Source of the DNA: Alphaproteobacteria bacterium
GTDB lineage: Bacteria > Pseudomonadota > Alphaproteobacteria > Rhizobiales > Rhizobiaceae
Direction of reading: 5' to 3'
Length of the DNA: 62,109 bases
NCBI GenBank assembly: GCA_018829385.1
Contig: JAHJUC010000361.1
Location: 1-62,109 of the forward strand
The notes beneath the pieces are model-generated. The model ran no database searches, was not told the DNA's origin, and was given only the letters and a program-made list of their open reading frames with translations. This document shows, piece after piece, positions 9,510-20,720 of this stretch. The number at the start of each line of letters is the position of its first letter. The first letter of the stretch is position 1. Position numbers and translations under genes: made by a program.

Positions 9510-10700
9510 ATGGCAATTCCTCGTACCAGACCTTATGCCGGACCGGCCATCCTGAGCTACGGCTTTCGCCCGTTCTTTCTCTTCGGCGCATTGTATTCGG
9601 GCCTGTCGATCCTGCTTTGGCTGCCGCAGTTTTACGGCGAGCTGGAGTTGGCGACGCTGTTTGCGCCGGTCGATTGGCACGTGCATGAACTCTATTTCGG
9701 CTTCCTGCCCGCGATCGTCACCGGGTTCCTGTTCACCGCCGTGCCAAACTGGACCGGCCGCATGCCGTTGCAGGGAAACGCCCTCTTGGCATTGCTCCTG
9801 CTCTGGTTCGCGGGTCGGGCGGGTGTTACCTTTTCGGCGCATGTCGGCTGGCAATCGGCGCTGGTCGTGGATTCCGCCTTCCTGATCACTGTCGCCATCG
9901 TGATCGCCCGTGAAATCATCGCCGGCGCGAACTGGAGAAACCTGAAGGTGCTGCTGCCGTTGCTGATCCTGGCAACCGCAAACATCGCCTTTCATCTGGA
10001 AGCGCATTTTGATGGCGTCTCCGATATCAGCCGCCGCTTGGCGGCGCTTGCCGCAATCAGTTTGATCATGCTGATTGGCGGTCGGGTCATTCCGAGTTTC
10101 ACCCGCAACTGGCTGGTGCGCGAGAATCCCGGTCGCCTGCCCGCAGCCTTTTCGCGCTTCGACATGGTTTCCATTGCGGTGGGCATCGCGGCCTTGGCTA
10201 TCTGGACCGGGTCTCCGGATTCAGTTGCCGCTTGCATAACAATGGCTGTCGCGGCCTTGCTGCATTTCATCCGGCTCGGGCGCTGGGCAGGTGACCGCAC
10301 CTTGCGCGATCCGCTGGTCTGGATTCTGCACGCCGGCTATCTTTTTGTGCCCATCGGATTTGCGCTGATTGCTGCGGCCATCGTCTTTCCGGAGTATGTC
10401 TCGCCGCTTGCCGGCGTGCACGCGCTCGGGGTCGGCGCTGTCGGCGGCATGACCCTCGCGATGATGGTGCGTGCGTCGCTGGGGCACACCGGCCAGGCGC
10501 TGCGGGCCGATCCCGCCGTCAGCTTGCTATTCCTGGCGGTGCTGGCAGCAGCGGTCGCGCGCATTCTCGCGGCCGTGACCGACAGCCATACAGGTCTTTC
10601 CCTTCACGTCGCTGCTTTCGCGTGGATGGTGGCATTCTGCGGCTTTGCTGTTGTCGTCGGCCCGGCGCTCGTAATGCCGCGGCGGTCCGCCAGGCCCTAG
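9510..10700 (+). CDS. nnrS: NnrS heme-copper membrane protein
   Basis: GFRPFFL, WHVHEL.FGF, GFLFTAVPNWTG, GGRVIPSFT and RASLGHTG motifs. Confidence 0.93.
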   Translation: MAIPRTRPYAGPAILSYGFRPFFLFGALYSGLSILLWLPQFYGELELATLFAPVDWHVHELYFGFLPAIVTGFLFTAVPNWTGRMPLQGNALLALLLLWFAGRAGVTFSAHVGWQSALVVDSAFLITVAIVIAREIIAGANWRNLKVLLPLLILATANIAFHLEAHFDGVSDISRRLAALAAISLIMLIGGRVIPSFTRNWLVRENPGRLPAAFSRFDMVSIAVGIAALAIWTGSPDSVAACITMAVAALLHFIRLGRWAGDRTLRDPLVWILHAGYLFVPIGFALIAAAIVFPEYVSPLAGVHALGVGAVGGMTLAMMVRASLGHTGQALRADPAVSLLFLAVLAAAVARILAAVTDSHTGLSLHVAAFAWMVAFCGFAVVVGPALVMPRRSARP

Positions 10701-11377
10701 AGAATGGCTGCCAAAGGCGACACCCCGATCACCGCCGGATGCAGCGCCAGCAGGATCGCAAACAACGCGAAGCCGGCGGACAGCCTCACCAACACGCTTT
10801 GCCCCCGGAAGCTGTCCGCAAGGGACGCCCGGCGCATGTCCGCCAGCAATTCCTGATACCGCGCCTGACCGATTTCCCGTTTCTTGCGCCGGTCGATCAG
10901 CCGCATGCCGACAAGGGTGAAGGCTGCGAAGATGCCGAACATCACCAGATGCGCGAGATTCCCGTTGGGCAGGACATGCGAGCCGGACCACAGCAGGAGC
11001 GCCACCAGCAGCGGATGCCGGTATACACGGACAATTCCGGCCCGCTTCGGATCAAAGGTGCTTTTCCCGGAGCCGCCAAAGGAAAAGGGATTGGGGCGCC
11101 CGATGGCGAGCGCGAAGACGATGCAGGCAAGCAGCATCGCCGCGAGCGTTACAATCGACTGCCACGGCGCCGGCTGCCAGATTTCGACATAGGGCGCGCG
11201 GCCGGCGCTGACGATCAGCCAGGCCAGAGCCAGGACTGACACGATCGAATAGGCAATCGAGAAGGTCCGCGCTCCGAAGCGGCCGACAATATGCGACTTG
11301 ACCGCGGGCCGAACCGGCACCGCATGCAGCACGAAAAAAGCTGCCAACGCCAACGAAAATTCAGTCCAGTTATCCAA
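10697..11377 (-). CDS. nnrU: NnrU family membrane protein
   Basis: PNPFSFGG, RHPLL.AL.LW..SH..PNGNL and LHPAVIGVSP motifs. Confidence 0.9.
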   Translation of the reverse strand: MDNWTEFSLALAAFFVLHAVPVRPAVKSHIVGRFGARTFSIAYSIVSVLALAWLIVSAGRAPYVEIWQPAPWQSIVTLAAMLLACIVFALAIGRPNPFSFGGSGKSTFDPKRAGIVRVYRHPLLVALLLWSGSHVLPNGNLAHLVMFGIFAAFTLVGMRLIDRRKKREIGQARYQELLADMRRASLADSFRGQSVLVRLSAGFALFAILLALHPAVIGVSPLAAIL

Positions 11378-11668
11378 TGTCGAACCCCGATCCTTTCGGC
11401 AAATCCTAAAGCTGCATCAGCGGTTTGCAACCGGCCTACGAATGTCGCGCAAAGGCGCGGGTACTGTCTGTCCCCCGCATGCCGACCGATCATGCGAGTG
11501 CAAGAGTGCATCTCTGCTTGGCCAACCCGTTGCCTGAGCTGAAGCAGAAAGCATTTCGTTCGGATGCAGGCAAGAGTCCCGAACAAGATGCACAACCAAT
11601 AACATTGCATATAAACAATGTAATATATTGATAGTGCTGGGTTTTCCGGCCGCGTATCATTTGCGAGT

Positions 11669-11682
11669 TTGCGCAAATGCAA
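11669..11682. promoter_or_regulatory. NnrR-type box upstream of nosR
   Basis: TTGCGCAAATGCAA, about 57 nt before the likely ATG. Confidence 0.7.
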
Positions 11683-11738
11683 AGAGATCGGCATGCTACA
11701 AGGTAGATTCGAAGCGAAATGACGGTGTGAGTTCAGAC

Positions 11739-13991
11739 ATGTTTGCCAAGTCGATCAGCGTTCGCAATTGGGGTGTTGCAGCATTTGCGATGCTGGCGAG
11801 CCTTCTCCTGGCCATCGGTGCCGCCCAGGCCGAACCCTTGGTCATGACATTCCTGGACAAGGCGAATGTCGGCGAGATCGTTCCCGGCGCCACGGAGTAC
11901 GGCCAATTGCGGTCGGACATTCCCGTGGTTGAGGCCCTGAAGGACGGCAAGGTCGTGGGCTACGTCTTCCTGACATCCGATTTCGTCACGACAACCGGCT
12001 ATTCCGGCAAGCCCATCCACACGCTCATGGGAGTCGACGGCAACGCGAAGGTGACCGGCGTCCGTCTGGTCAAGCATTCCGAACCGATCGTGCTGGTCGG
12101 CATTCCTGAATCGAAAATCACCGCGGTGACGGAGAAATACGCCGGGCTCGATCTCATCGCCGAGGCCGCCGCCGGTGGCTCGGCGCATGATCTCGACATC
12201 GTCTCGGGCGCCACCGTGACGATCATCGTCATCGACGATTCCATCGTCCGGGCCGGGCTGAAGGTGGCGAGGTCTCTCGGCCTTGGCGGCCTTGAGCCCG
12301 AACTGGCGAGCTCGGGACCCACGAAGGCGTTGTTGATGCCAAGCGGCGACGACGTCCCGATATCCGACTGGCAGACGCTTGCGGGTGATGGATCGATCCG
12401 CAGCCTGCGGCTCGATATCGGACAGGTGAACACGGCGTTCGAGGAGACCGGTGACGCCCGCGCTATCAAGCGCCCGGAAAAGGGCGCGCCTGAAGATACC
12501 TTCATCGACATGCAGATGGCGCTGGTCAGCGCGCCGGAAATCGGCCGCACGCTGCTTGGCGACGATGAATATGCCAACCTGCTCGAATGGCTCGATGAAG
12601 GCGACCAGGCGATCCTCGTTGTCGGCCGGGGCAAATACTCCTTCAAGGGATCGGGCTATGTGCGCGGCGGCATCTTCGACCGCATCCAGCTGATCCAGGG
12701 CGATACCGCCGTTCGTTTCCACGACAAGCAGCACAAACGGATTGGCAAGCTCGCGGCGGAGGATGCGCCGTCATTCACCGAACTTGATATCTTCAAGGTG
12801 AAGGCCGGCAGCGGGTTTGATCCGGCAGAGCCCTTCAGGCTGCAACTGCTGGTGCAGCGCGCCGTCGGCGCCATCGACAAGGCCTTCATCACCTTTGATC
12901 TCGGCTACCGTATTCCCGATCGCCATACCGAGAAGCTTGCGGTCGAAACCGCCGCCGGCATCAACCCGCAGATCCAGAGCGATGTGGCGGTGTCCGACAC
13001 CAGCGAACTGAGCCATTTGTGGAAGCGAGTCTGGCTTCAGAAACGGGTTGAGGTCGTGGTCCTGGTGGTCGCCCTCGTGATCCTGACAGGGGTGTTCTTT
13101 TTCCAGATGCAGGTGACGCGGCATGAGCGTTTCACCTACTGGTTCCGCATAGGCTTCCTGACCTTCACGCTGGTGGGCCTCGGCTGGTACGCCAATGGTC
13201 AATTGTCGGTTGTCAATGTGCTCGCCTTTTTCTCGGCCGTGACGACAGACTTTTCCTGGACCGCCTTCCTGATGGATCCGCTTATCTTCATCCTCTGGTT
13301 CTCGGTCGCTGCGTCGCTGCTGTTCTGGGGCCGCGGCGTGTTCTGCGGCTGGCTGTGTCCCTTCGGCGCTCTGCAGGAACTGACCAACAAGATCGCGCGC
13401 TTTCTCAAGGTCCCGCAATACACGGTGCCTTGGGGCCTGCATGAACGGCTGTGGCCGATCAAGTACATGATCTTTCTCGGCCTGTTCGGCCTGTCGCTCT
13501 ATTCGCTGGAACTGGCCGAGCAGTTCGCGGAGGTCGAACCCTTCAAGACCGCGATCATCCTGAAATTCCAGCGCGGCTGGCCGTATATCCTGTTCGTGGT
13601 CGTGCTGCTGGGAGCGGGCCTGTTCATCGAACGTTTCTACTGCCGCTATCTGTGCCCGCTGGGTGCTGCGCTGGCGATCCCGGCGCGGCTGCGCATGTTC
13701 GACTGGCTCAAGCGCTACAAGGAATGCGGCGATCCGTGCCAGCGCTGTGCCAAGGAGTGCATGGTTCAGGCCATCCATCCCGAAGGCAACATCAATCCCA
13801 ACGAATGCCTGCAGTGCCTGCATTGCCAGGTGCTCTACCAGAGCGACAGCAAATGTCCCGTGTGCATCAAGAAGGCCACGAAGCGCGAAAAATTCCGCAA
13901 GCAAAACCGCCTCGACCCGATTGCACCAGTGCCAGCCGGCGCCGGCCAGCCGCTCGTGGGCACCAGCTCAACACCACAGCCATCAACCTGA
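11739..13991 (+). CDS. nosR: NosR FMN/Fe-S membrane protein
   Basis: GYSGKPI; SGATVT FMN site; CGWLCPFG and CRYLCPLG; two 4Fe-4S motifs. Confidence 0.96.
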   Translation: MFAKSISVRNWGVAAFAMLASLLLAIGAAQAEPLVMTFLDKANVGEIVPGATEYGQLRSDIPVVEALKDGKVVGYVFLTSDFVTTTGYSGKPIHTLMGVDGNAKVTGVRLVKHSEPIVLVGIPESKITAVTEKYAGLDLIAEAAAGGSAHDLDIVSGATVTIIVIDDSIVRAGLKVARSLGLGGLEPELASSGPTKALLMPSGDDVPISDWQTLAGDGSIRSLRLDIGQVNTAFEETGDARAIKRPEKGAPEDTFIDMQMALVSAPEIGRTLLGDDEYANLLEWLDEGDQAILVVGRGKYSFKGSGYVRGGIFDRIQLIQGDTAVRFHDKQHKRIGKLAAEDAPSFTELDIFKVKAGSGFDPAEPFRLQLLVQRAVGAIDKAFITFDLGYRIPDRHTEKLAVETAAGINPQIQSDVAVSDTSELSHLWKRVWLQKRVEVVVLVVALVILTGVFFFQMQVTRHERFTYWFRIGFLTFTLVGLGWYANGQLSVVNVLAFFSAVTTDFSWTAFLMDPLIFILWFSVAASLLFWGRGVFCGWLCPFGALQELTNKIARFLKVPQYTVPWGLHERLWPIKYMIFLGLFGLSLYSLELAEQFAEVEPFKTAIILKFQRGWPYILFVVVLLGAGLFIERFYCRYLCPLGAALAIPARLRMFDWLKRYKECGDPCQRCAKECMVQAIHPEGNINPNECLQCLHCQVLYQSDSKCPVCIKKATKREKFRKQNRLDPIAPVPAGAGQPLVGTSSTPQPST

Positions 13992-14003
13992 AGGAGACTG
14001 CAA

Positions 14004-15923
14004 ATGTCAGCCGAAGAAACCAGACGAAAAGGCCTTTCACGCCGAAGCCTTATGACCGCCACGGCGGGAGGAGCCTTTCTGGCGGGATCCGGAATGGGAT
14101 CCGAACTGCTTAGCGGCGCGCTTGTCAGCAAGGCGCACGCTTCGACCCCGAAACTGAACTTCGAGCCGGGCGAGCTTGACCCCTATTACGGGTTCTGGTC
14201 GTCGGGCCAGAGCGGCGAATTGCGCATTCTCGGTTTTCCGTCGATGCGCGAGCTTATGCGGGTTCCGGTGTTCAACCGGTGCTCCGCCACCGGCTGGGGC
14301 CAGACCAATGAAAGCCTGAAGATCCTGACCGAAGGTCTGACCGAGGAGACCAAGACGTTTCTCGCGGCCAAGGGCATGAAGACCTATGACAATGGCGACC
14401 TTCACCATCCGCATATGTCGTTTACCGACGGCACCTATGACGGCCGCTACATCTTCGCCAACGACAAGGCCAACACCCGGGTTGCGCGTATTCGCTGCGA
14501 CGTCATGAAATGCGACAAGATCATCGAGATCCCGAACGCCCATGACATCCACGGCATGCGGCCGCAGAAATATCCGCGCACCGGCTATGTCTTCGCCAAT
14601 GGCGAGCACGAAGCGCCGCTGGTCAATGACGGCAAGATCCTCGACGATCCGTCGCAGTATGTGAACATCTTCACCGCCATCGATGGCGACGAGATGAAGG
14701 TGGCCTGGCAGGTCATGGTGTCGGGCAATCTTGACAACACCGACTGCGACTATCAAGGCAAGTACGCCTTCTCCTCGAGCTACAACTCGGAGATGGGCAT
14801 GAACCTTGCCGAAATGACCGAGAACGAACTCGACCATGTGGTGGTGTTCAATCTGAAGGCTATCGAGGAAGGCGTTGCCGCCGGCGATGTGCAGGTGCTC
14901 AACGGCGTTCCGGTCATCGACGGCCGCAAGGGTCAGAACAAGAAATACACCCGCTACATCCCGATCCCGAACAGCCCGCACGGCGTCAATACCGCGCCGG
15001 ACAAGAAGCACATCATGATCAACGGCAAGCTGTCGCCAACCGTTTCGGTGATCGATGTGACCAAGGTCGACGCCCTGTTCGAGGAAGATGCCGATCCGAG
15101 GTCCTGCATCGTGGCCGAGCCCGAGTTGGGCCTCGGCCCGCTTCACACGGCATTTGACGGCAAGGGATTTGCCTACACGACGCTGTTCCTCGACAGCCAG
15201 ATCGTCAAGTGGGACATCGACAAGGCCATCCGTGCCTATGCCGGCGAGGACGTCGACCCGATCGTCTCCAAGGTCGATGTCCACTACCAGCCGGGCCACA
15301 ACTCGACCTCGATGGGTGAAACCGCCGAGGCCGATGGCGCATGGCTGATCTCGATGAATAAATTCTCCAAGGACCGGTTCCTCAATGTCGGTCCGCTGAA
15401 GCCGGAGAACGAACAGCTTATCGACATCTCGACCGATGACATGAAGGTGGTTCATGACGGCCCGACCTTTGCCGAGCCGCATGACAGCATCATCGTGCGC
15501 GCGGACATCGTCAATCCGGTCAATGTGTGGTCGCGCGAAGACCCGATGTTCGCCGATGCATATGCCCAGGCGAAAGCCGATGGCGTGGATCTCGATTACG
15601 ACGACGTTGTGATCGAGGATGGCAACAAGGTGCGCGTCTACATGACGTCGGTCGCCCCGCAGTTCGGCCTTGAAAAGTTCACGGTCAAGCAGGGTCAGGA
15701 AGTCACGGTCTATGTGACCAACCTCGACGATGTCGACGACGTGACCCACGGCTTCTGCATTTCCAACTATGGCATTGCGATGGAAGTCGCACCGCAGGCG
15801 ACCGCGTCGATCACGTTCACGGCCGACCGTCCGGGCGTTCACTGGTTCTACTGCCAGTGGTTCTGCCATGCCCTGCACATGGAGATGCGCGGCCGCATGT
15901 TTGTCGAACCACGCAACGCCTGA
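14004..15923 (+). CDS. nosZ: Tat-dependent nitrous oxide reductase (clade I)
   Basis: SRRSLM Tat motif; DLHHPH, PHG, GPLH and EPHD CuZ motifs; [12 protein letters not shown] CuA motif. Confidence 0.98.
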   Translation: MSAEETRRKGLSRRSLMTATAGGAFLAGSGMGSELLSGALVSKAHASTPKLNFEPGELDPYYGFWSSGQSGELRILGFPSMRELMRVPVFNRCSATGWGQTNESLKILTEGLTEETKTFLAAKGMKTYDNGDLHHPHMSFTDGTYDGRYIFANDKANTRVARIRCDVMKCDKIIEIPNAHDIHGMRPQKYPRTGYVFANGEHEAPLVNDGKILDDPSQYVNIFTAIDGDEMKVAWQVMVSGNLDNTDCDYQGKYAFSSSYNSEMGMNLAEMTENELDHVVVFNLKAIEEGVAAGDVQVLNGVPVIDGRKGQNKKYTRYIPIPNSPHGVNTAPDKKHIMINGKLSPTVSVIDVTKVDALFEEDADPRSCIVAEPELGLGPLHTAFDGKGFAYTTLFLDSQIVKWDIDKAIRAYAGEDVDPIVSKVDVHYQPGHNSTSMGETAEADGAWLISMNKFSKDRFLNVGPLKPENEQLIDISTDDMKVVHDGPTFAEPHDSIIVRADIVNPVNVWSREDPMFADAYAQAKADGVDLDYDDVVIEDGNKVRVYMTSVAPQFGLEKFTVKQGQEVTVYVTNLDDVDDVTHGFCISNYGIAMEVAPQATASITFTADRPGVHWFYCQWFCHALHMEMRGRMFVEPRNA

Positions 15924-15935
15924 GGCCATACGACC

Positions 15936-17204
15936 ATGAACCTGACCGCCCGCACATTCGCAGTGCTGCTTGGAACCACGCTTCTCACGGGATCGGCGAA
16001 CGCCGCCGATATCCGCGTGGAGCCGGGGCCTGATGCACTGGTGCGGGCGGTCGAACTGGCTCAGCCGGGCGACAGGCTCCTGTTGTCCGGCGGGGCTTAC
16101 CAAGGCGGCGTCACCTTATCGAAGCCGATCCAAATCGATGGCCAGGGCAACGCTGAGGTGACCGGTACGGGTATCGGCTCGGTCATCACCATTGATGCGC
16201 CCGATGTGGTGATCGACGGTTTGAGACTGACCGGCTCGGGCGTGGCGCACGAGACGATCGACAGCGGTGTGCAGATGACCAGGAATGCAATCCGCGCCAT
16301 CGTCCGCAACAGCCATATCGAGGGCAATCTCTACGGAGTCGACATCCACGGCGCCCGCGACGCTCGAGTTGAAAACAACACCATCATTGGCGGTAACGAC
16401 AGGCTGATGAGCCGGCGCGGCAATGGCGTCTATGTCTGGAACGCTCCCGGCGCCACGGTGTCTGGCAACACCATACGCCAGGGCAGGGATGGCATTTTCG
16501 TCAACACCAGCCGCAAGAACACTTTCACCGACAACCGCTTCGAAGGACTGCGCTTTGCCGTTCACTACATGAATGCCGATGACAGCGAGGTTTCCGGCAA
16601 CATCTCGATCGGCAACCATCTTGGCTACGCCATCATGTTTTCAAAGCGCGTTACCCTGCGCGACAACATCTCGCTGGATGACCGCGATCACGGCATCATG
16701 CTCAATTATGCCAACAACGCCGTTATCGAAGGCAACGCCGTGGTCGGCGGCGGCGAAAAATGCCTGTTCGTCTACAACGCCAACAAGAATGAAATCAAAG
16801 GCAACCGCATCGAAGGGTGCGAGATCGGTATCCATTTCACCGGCGGATCGGCGGACAACGAAATCACCGGCAATGCCTTTGTCGGCAACCGCACCCAGAT
16901 CAAGTTTGTCAGCACCAGGGATCACGTCTGGTCGGGCAATTACTGGAGCGACCACGCCGCCTATGACGTCAATGGAGACGGCATCGCCGACCAGGCCTTC
17001 CGGCCCAATGACGCGATGGACCAGGTGTTGTGGACCCAGCCATCGGCGAAGCTGTTGCTGGGCAGTCCGGCGGTGCAGCTGGTGCGCTGGGCGCAGAGCG
17101 AATTTCCGGCGCTGCTTCCCGGCGGCATCGTTGATGACCGGCCCTTGATGAAACCGCATGCGCTGCCCGAGACCGCGCGCAAATGGAAAGAATCGCTGCA
17201 ATGA
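15936..17204 (+). CDS. nosD: NosD maturation protein
   Basis: Beta-helix repeats, RGNG, GNYWSD, LLGSPAVQ. Confidence 0.96.
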   Translation: MNLTARTFAVLLGTTLLTGSANAADIRVEPGPDALVRAVELAQPGDRLLLSGGAYQGGVTLSKPIQIDGQGNAEVTGTGIGSVITIDAPDVVIDGLRLTGSGVAHETIDSGVQMTRNAIRAIVRNSHIEGNLYGVDIHGARDARVENNTIIGGNDRLMSRRGNGVYVWNAPGATVSGNTIRQGRDGIFVNTSRKNTFTDNRFEGLRFAVHYMNADDSEVSGNISIGNHLGYAIMFSKRVTLRDNISLDDRDHGIMLNYANNAVIEGNAVVGGGEKCLFVYNANKNEIKGNRIEGCEIGIHFTGGSADNEITGNAFVGNRTQIKFVSTRDHVWSGNYWSDHAAYDVNGDGIADQAFRPNDAMDQVLWTQPSAKLLLGSPAVQLVRWAQSEFPALLPGGIVDDRPLMKPHALPETARKWKESLQ

Positions 17205-18130
17205 CCGAGATCGTCAAAGCCCGGAATGTGGGCATGAAATTCAGGGCCGTCGAGGCGCTGACCGATGTCTCGCTCGACGTGGCGCCTGGTGAACAGGTTG
17301 CCTTGCTCGGTCACAATGGCGCCGGCAAGACCACATTGTTCCGCCTGATCCTCGGGTTCATCAAGCCAACCGCCGGCTCCATTTCCATTGCCGGTTTCGC
17401 TCCGGGGAGCGACGCGGCGCGGCGCGTTGTATCCTACCTGCCCGAGCAGGTGGCGTTTCCGAAAATGCTGACTGGCCGCGAAGTCGTCCGCTTCTACGCC
17501 AGGCTCAAGGGCGCAGCGCCCGAGGATGTGCAGGCGGTGCTCGACAAGGTCGAACTCGTCGAAGCGGCCGACCGCCGGGTGGACACCTATTCGAAGGGCA
17601 TGCGGCAACGGCTGGGGCTGGCGCAGGCGCTGGTGGGAAACCCCCGCCTGCTGTTGCTCGACGAGCCGACCTCGGGTCTCGACCCGCTTTCAAGGCAGCA
17701 TTTCTACGAATTGATCGCCGATGTCAGCCGGCGGGGCTGCTCGGTGCTGCTGTCCTCGCACGGGCTCAGCGAGCTCGAGGCCAGGACTGACCGCGTGGCC
17801 ATCCTGCGCAAGGGACGGCTGGTTGCCGACGGGCCCTTGGCCGAACTCCAGACTCAGGCCGATCTGCCGATCCGTATCCGAGTGCGCGCCGCTGCCGGTG
17901 CCGTTGGCTCAGTCCATGCCGAGATCGGTGGAGGCCGCATCAATTGCGCGTCGGTGGAGCTCTGCTGCGCCAGGGGAGACAAAATGCGCATCCTGTCGAA
18001 GATCAGCGGACTTGGCGCGCAGGTTGAGGACGTGGATGTCGCCTCCCCGACGCTGGATGAGGTCTACCGGTATTTCTCCAACAACGGAATTGAACAAGTC
18101 CAGAGAGGTGACATCCAATGCACGGCGTAA
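17201..18130 (+). CDS. nosF: NosF ABC ATPase
   Basis: GHNGAGKT, YSKGMRQR, LLDEPT. Confidence 0.95.
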   Translation: MTEIVKARNVGMKFRAVEALTDVSLDVAPGEQVALLGHNGAGKTTLFRLILGFIKPTAGSISIAGFAPGSDAARRVVSYLPEQVAFPKMLTGREVVRFYARLKGAAPEDVQAVLDKVELVEAADRRVDTYSKGMRQRLGLAQALVGNPRLLLLDEPTSGLDPLSRQHFYELIADVSRRGCSVLLSSHGLSELEARTDRVAILRKGRLVADGPLAELQTQADLPIRIRVRAAAGAVGSVHAEIGGGRINCASVELCCARGDKMRILSKISGLGAQVEDVDVASPTLDEVYRYFSNNGIEQVQRGDIQCTA

Positions 18131-18948
18131 TCACCATCGCTGCAACGGAAATCCGCATCGGCCTGCGCAACCGCTGGATCATCCTGTCGTCGCTTATCCT
18201 GCTGGCCTTCGCACTCATCCTCGTGCTGCTGGGCAGCGCGCCGGGCGGCGAGGTCAAGACCGATGCCGTCACTGTGGTCGTTGCCAGCCTGTCGACGCTT
18301 TCGGTCTACCTGGTGCCGCTGATTGCCCTGCTGTTGTCCTATGACGCCATTGCCGGCGAGATCGACCGCGGCACATTGCAACTCGTGCTCGCCAGTCCGG
18401 TTTCCCGCGGCAGCGTGCTCGTCGGCAAGTTCCTGGGCCATGTCGCCGTTCTCGCCATTGCGGTCAGTTCCGGATACGGCATTGCCGGCCTCGTGGCTTT
18501 CTTCGCCAATGGGGCGGGGGAGGCCGTTGCATTGATCGGCGTCGGCCGGCTGATTGCAAGCTCGACGGTCCTCGGCGCCACCTTCATCGCCATCGGCTAC
18601 ATCGCCAGCGCCAGCGTGCGCCAGACCGGGACGGCGGCGGCGCTTGCCATTGCAATCTGGCTGTTTGCCGTGGTGCTCTATGATCTGGTGCTTCTTGGCG
18701 GATTGCTGGCGAGCCAGGACGGCTTCTTCGCCCGGGCGGTGTTTCCCTGGTTGCTGGTGTTCAATCCGGCCGATGCATTCCGGCTCTACAACATGAGCGC
18801 CATCGATGCGCTCGCCGTCGGCAGCAACCTGGGTGGCGCTGGCTCGGCGCTGCCGCTCTCCGGTCTTGCAACCATGCTCAGCCCGGTTGCCTGGACCGCC
18901 ATCGCGCTGGGACTTTCCACGGTCATTCTCAAGAGGGTCAGGCCATGA
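18118..18948 (+). CDS. nosY: NosY ABC permease
   Basis: LVPLIALLLSYDAIAGE.DRGTL and NPADAFR. Confidence 0.95.
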   Translation: MHGVITIAATEIRIGLRNRWIILSSLILLAFALILVLLGSAPGGEVKTDAVTVVVASLSTLSVYLVPLIALLLSYDAIAGEIDRGTLQLVLASPVSRGSVLVGKFLGHVAVLAIAVSSGYGIAGLVAFFANGAGEAVALIGVGRLIASSTVLGATFIAIGYIASASVRQTGTAAALAIAIWLFAVVLYDLVLLGGLLASQDGFFARAVFPWLLVFNPADAFRLYNMSAIDALAVGSNLGGAGSALPLSGLATMLSPVAWTAIALGLSTVILKRVRP

Positions 18949-19496
18949 ACATCTTCGTGCGGCTGTCAGCCATTGTTGTCGTGGCGATCACGGCTGCGGC
19001 TTGCAGTGAACAGCAATCCAGCACCGAACTGCCGCAACCGGTGGCGCTTACCGAGGAAGCGGTGGGTCATTACTGCAACATGACGGTTCTGGAGCACACC
19101 GGGCCCAAGGCGCAGATCCATCTCGCCAACAATCCGCATCCGATCTGGTTCAGCCAGGTGCGGGACGGTATTGCGTTCATCCGCTCCCCGGAGGAGCAGG
19201 AGGATGCGGTCGTCGTTTATGTCAACGATATGGGCAAGGCGAAGGACTGGGATTTTCCCGGCGACGATACATGGATCGACGCCAGTCATGCCTGGTTCGT
19301 GATCGGGTCGCGCAAGACCGGTGGCATGGGAACGCCGGAAGTCATTCCGTTTGGAGCCGAACAGGACGCCACAGTCTTCGCCGCGGAAAACGGCGGTGTG
19401 GTTGTACGGCTTGACGGCATCCCCGACGCTTATGTTCTCGGCCCCGTGGAGCTAGACCAGGCACCATCCAATCAGGTCACGGGAGCGATCCGATGA
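18945..19496 (+). CDS. nosL: NosL copper lipoprotein
   Basis: Lipobox AAAC, HYCNM...H.GPKAQ, GGMG. Confidence 0.95.
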   Translation: MNIFVRLSAIVVVAITAAACSEQQSSTELPQPVALTEEAVGHYCNMTVLEHTGPKAQIHLANNPHPIWFSQVRDGIAFIRSPEEQEDAVVVYVNDMGKAKDWDFPGDDTWIDASHAWFVIGSRKTGGMGTPEVIPFGAEQDATVFAAENGGVVVRLDGIPDAYVLGPVELDQAPSNQVTGAIR

Positions 19497-20440
19497 ACCT
19501 TTCCCGCCGCCGCTTCATCGGCATCACGGCCGTCTGCATGCTTGGCGCGCAGCATGCCATTGCCTCGGAAAATCCGGGCGCGCGCTGGCAGGGGATCGCG
19601 CTTGGGGCACATGCCGATCTTCGTCTTGTCGGATTGCCGGCGCGCGAGGCCGAGAGGCTGCTGCTTGCAGCGCGCGCTGAAATCGAACGGCTGGAACGGC
19701 TGTTCAGCCTTTACCGGTCCGACAGCGCGCTGGTCCGGCTCAACGCGACTGGCAGCCTGGACGCGCCGGGACCGGATATGCTCGAACTCTGTTCGCTCGT
19801 GTCCGCCATCCATCAGGCAAGCTCCGGGCGGTTCGATCCAAGCATCCAGCCGCTGTGGATAGCCTATGCGCGCGCCGGCGGCGCTCCCGATCAGAAAGCC
19901 ATCGCCGGTGCCCGCGCGGCAACCGGTTGGAGCAAGGTGGAGATATCGGCGGATCGTATCCGGCTGCACCCCGGTGCCGCCCTGACCTTCAACGGCATCG
20001 CTCAGGGGTTCATCACCGACCGGGTTGTTGGTCTCCTGAAGGCGGAGGGCCTCGAGGCAGGATTGGTTTCCGTCGGTGAAATTGCCGCCGTCGGCGCATC
20101 GCCGGGCGGCGGGGACTGGGCGATCGGGCTTGCCGATCACGAAGACGGACCGGCCGACGCCACCATCCATCTGCGTGACATGGCAGTGGCAACCTCAAGT
20201 CCGCTCGGAACCATGTTCGGGGCGGGGCCAGCCGGGCACATCCTCAACCCGGAAACCGGCATGGTGGCCGAGGCCAACTGGCGAAGGGTCAGCGTTATTC
20301 ATCGTTCCGCTGCAATCGCGGACGGGCTGTCCACGGCAGGCATTTTGCAGAGTGCCAAGGAATTGCGCGCCATGGTGAAGCGCTTTCCGGATGCTGCAGT
20401 CCGCGCGATCGATGATCGTGGAAACATGCTGGTCGTCTGA
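19493..20440 (+). CDS. nosX: NosX/ApbE FAD:protein FMN transferase
   Basis: SRRRFI Tat motif, NGIAQG, ATS, HILNP.TG, ADGLST. Confidence 0.93.
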   Translation: MNLSRRRFIGITAVCMLGAQHAIASENPGARWQGIALGAHADLRLVGLPAREAERLLLAARAEIERLERLFSLYRSDSALVRLNATGSLDAPGPDMLELCSLVSAIHQASSGRFDPSIQPLWIAYARAGGAPDQKAIAGARAATGWSKVEISADRIRLHPGAALTFNGIAQGFITDRVVGLLKAEGLEAGLVSVGEIAAVGASPGGGDWAIGLADHEDGPADATIHLRDMAVATSSPLGTMFGAGPAGHILNPETGMVAEANWRRVSVIHRSAAIADGLSTAGILQSAKELRAMVKRFPDAAVRAIDDRGNMLVV

Positions 20441-20678
20441 TTGGTGGGTTCGGCCGGCTGGGCTCTTGTAGTGTCGAATTAAACTAAGAAGTTGGTCGAC
20501 ATGGGAGTGATCCCCTTGGGCTGGCACCAGCAGGCAACCTTACGTCGCTCATCGAGACTTAAATATGGGAATAGGTGCGTTCCACAATGTCTTCCGGGTT
20601 AGCGAGAATGTGTTGGTTTTATTTCCAAATCGTACTTCGTCCTTGAAGTCATCAAGCATACAAAACTCATTGCGGTGT

Positions 20679-20692
20679 TTGTTATATGACAA
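20679..20692. promoter_or_regulatory. FNR/NnrR-type box upstream of hemN
   Basis: TTGTTATATGACAA. Confidence 0.6.
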
Positions 20693-20720
20693 AGAAACGG
20701 TGTCATCTTGCTCTCAGTAT

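Noticed and set aside
14037-16103. 688-aa antisense ORF over nosZ, and similar long antisense ORFs over nosR, norD and the ABC ATPase
   Set aside because: These are expected shadows of high-GC codon bias and have no motifs or RBS.
20643-20655. TTGAA-GTC-ATCAA as an FNR box
   Set aside because: The spacer is one base short; a correctly spaced box lies at 20679-20692.
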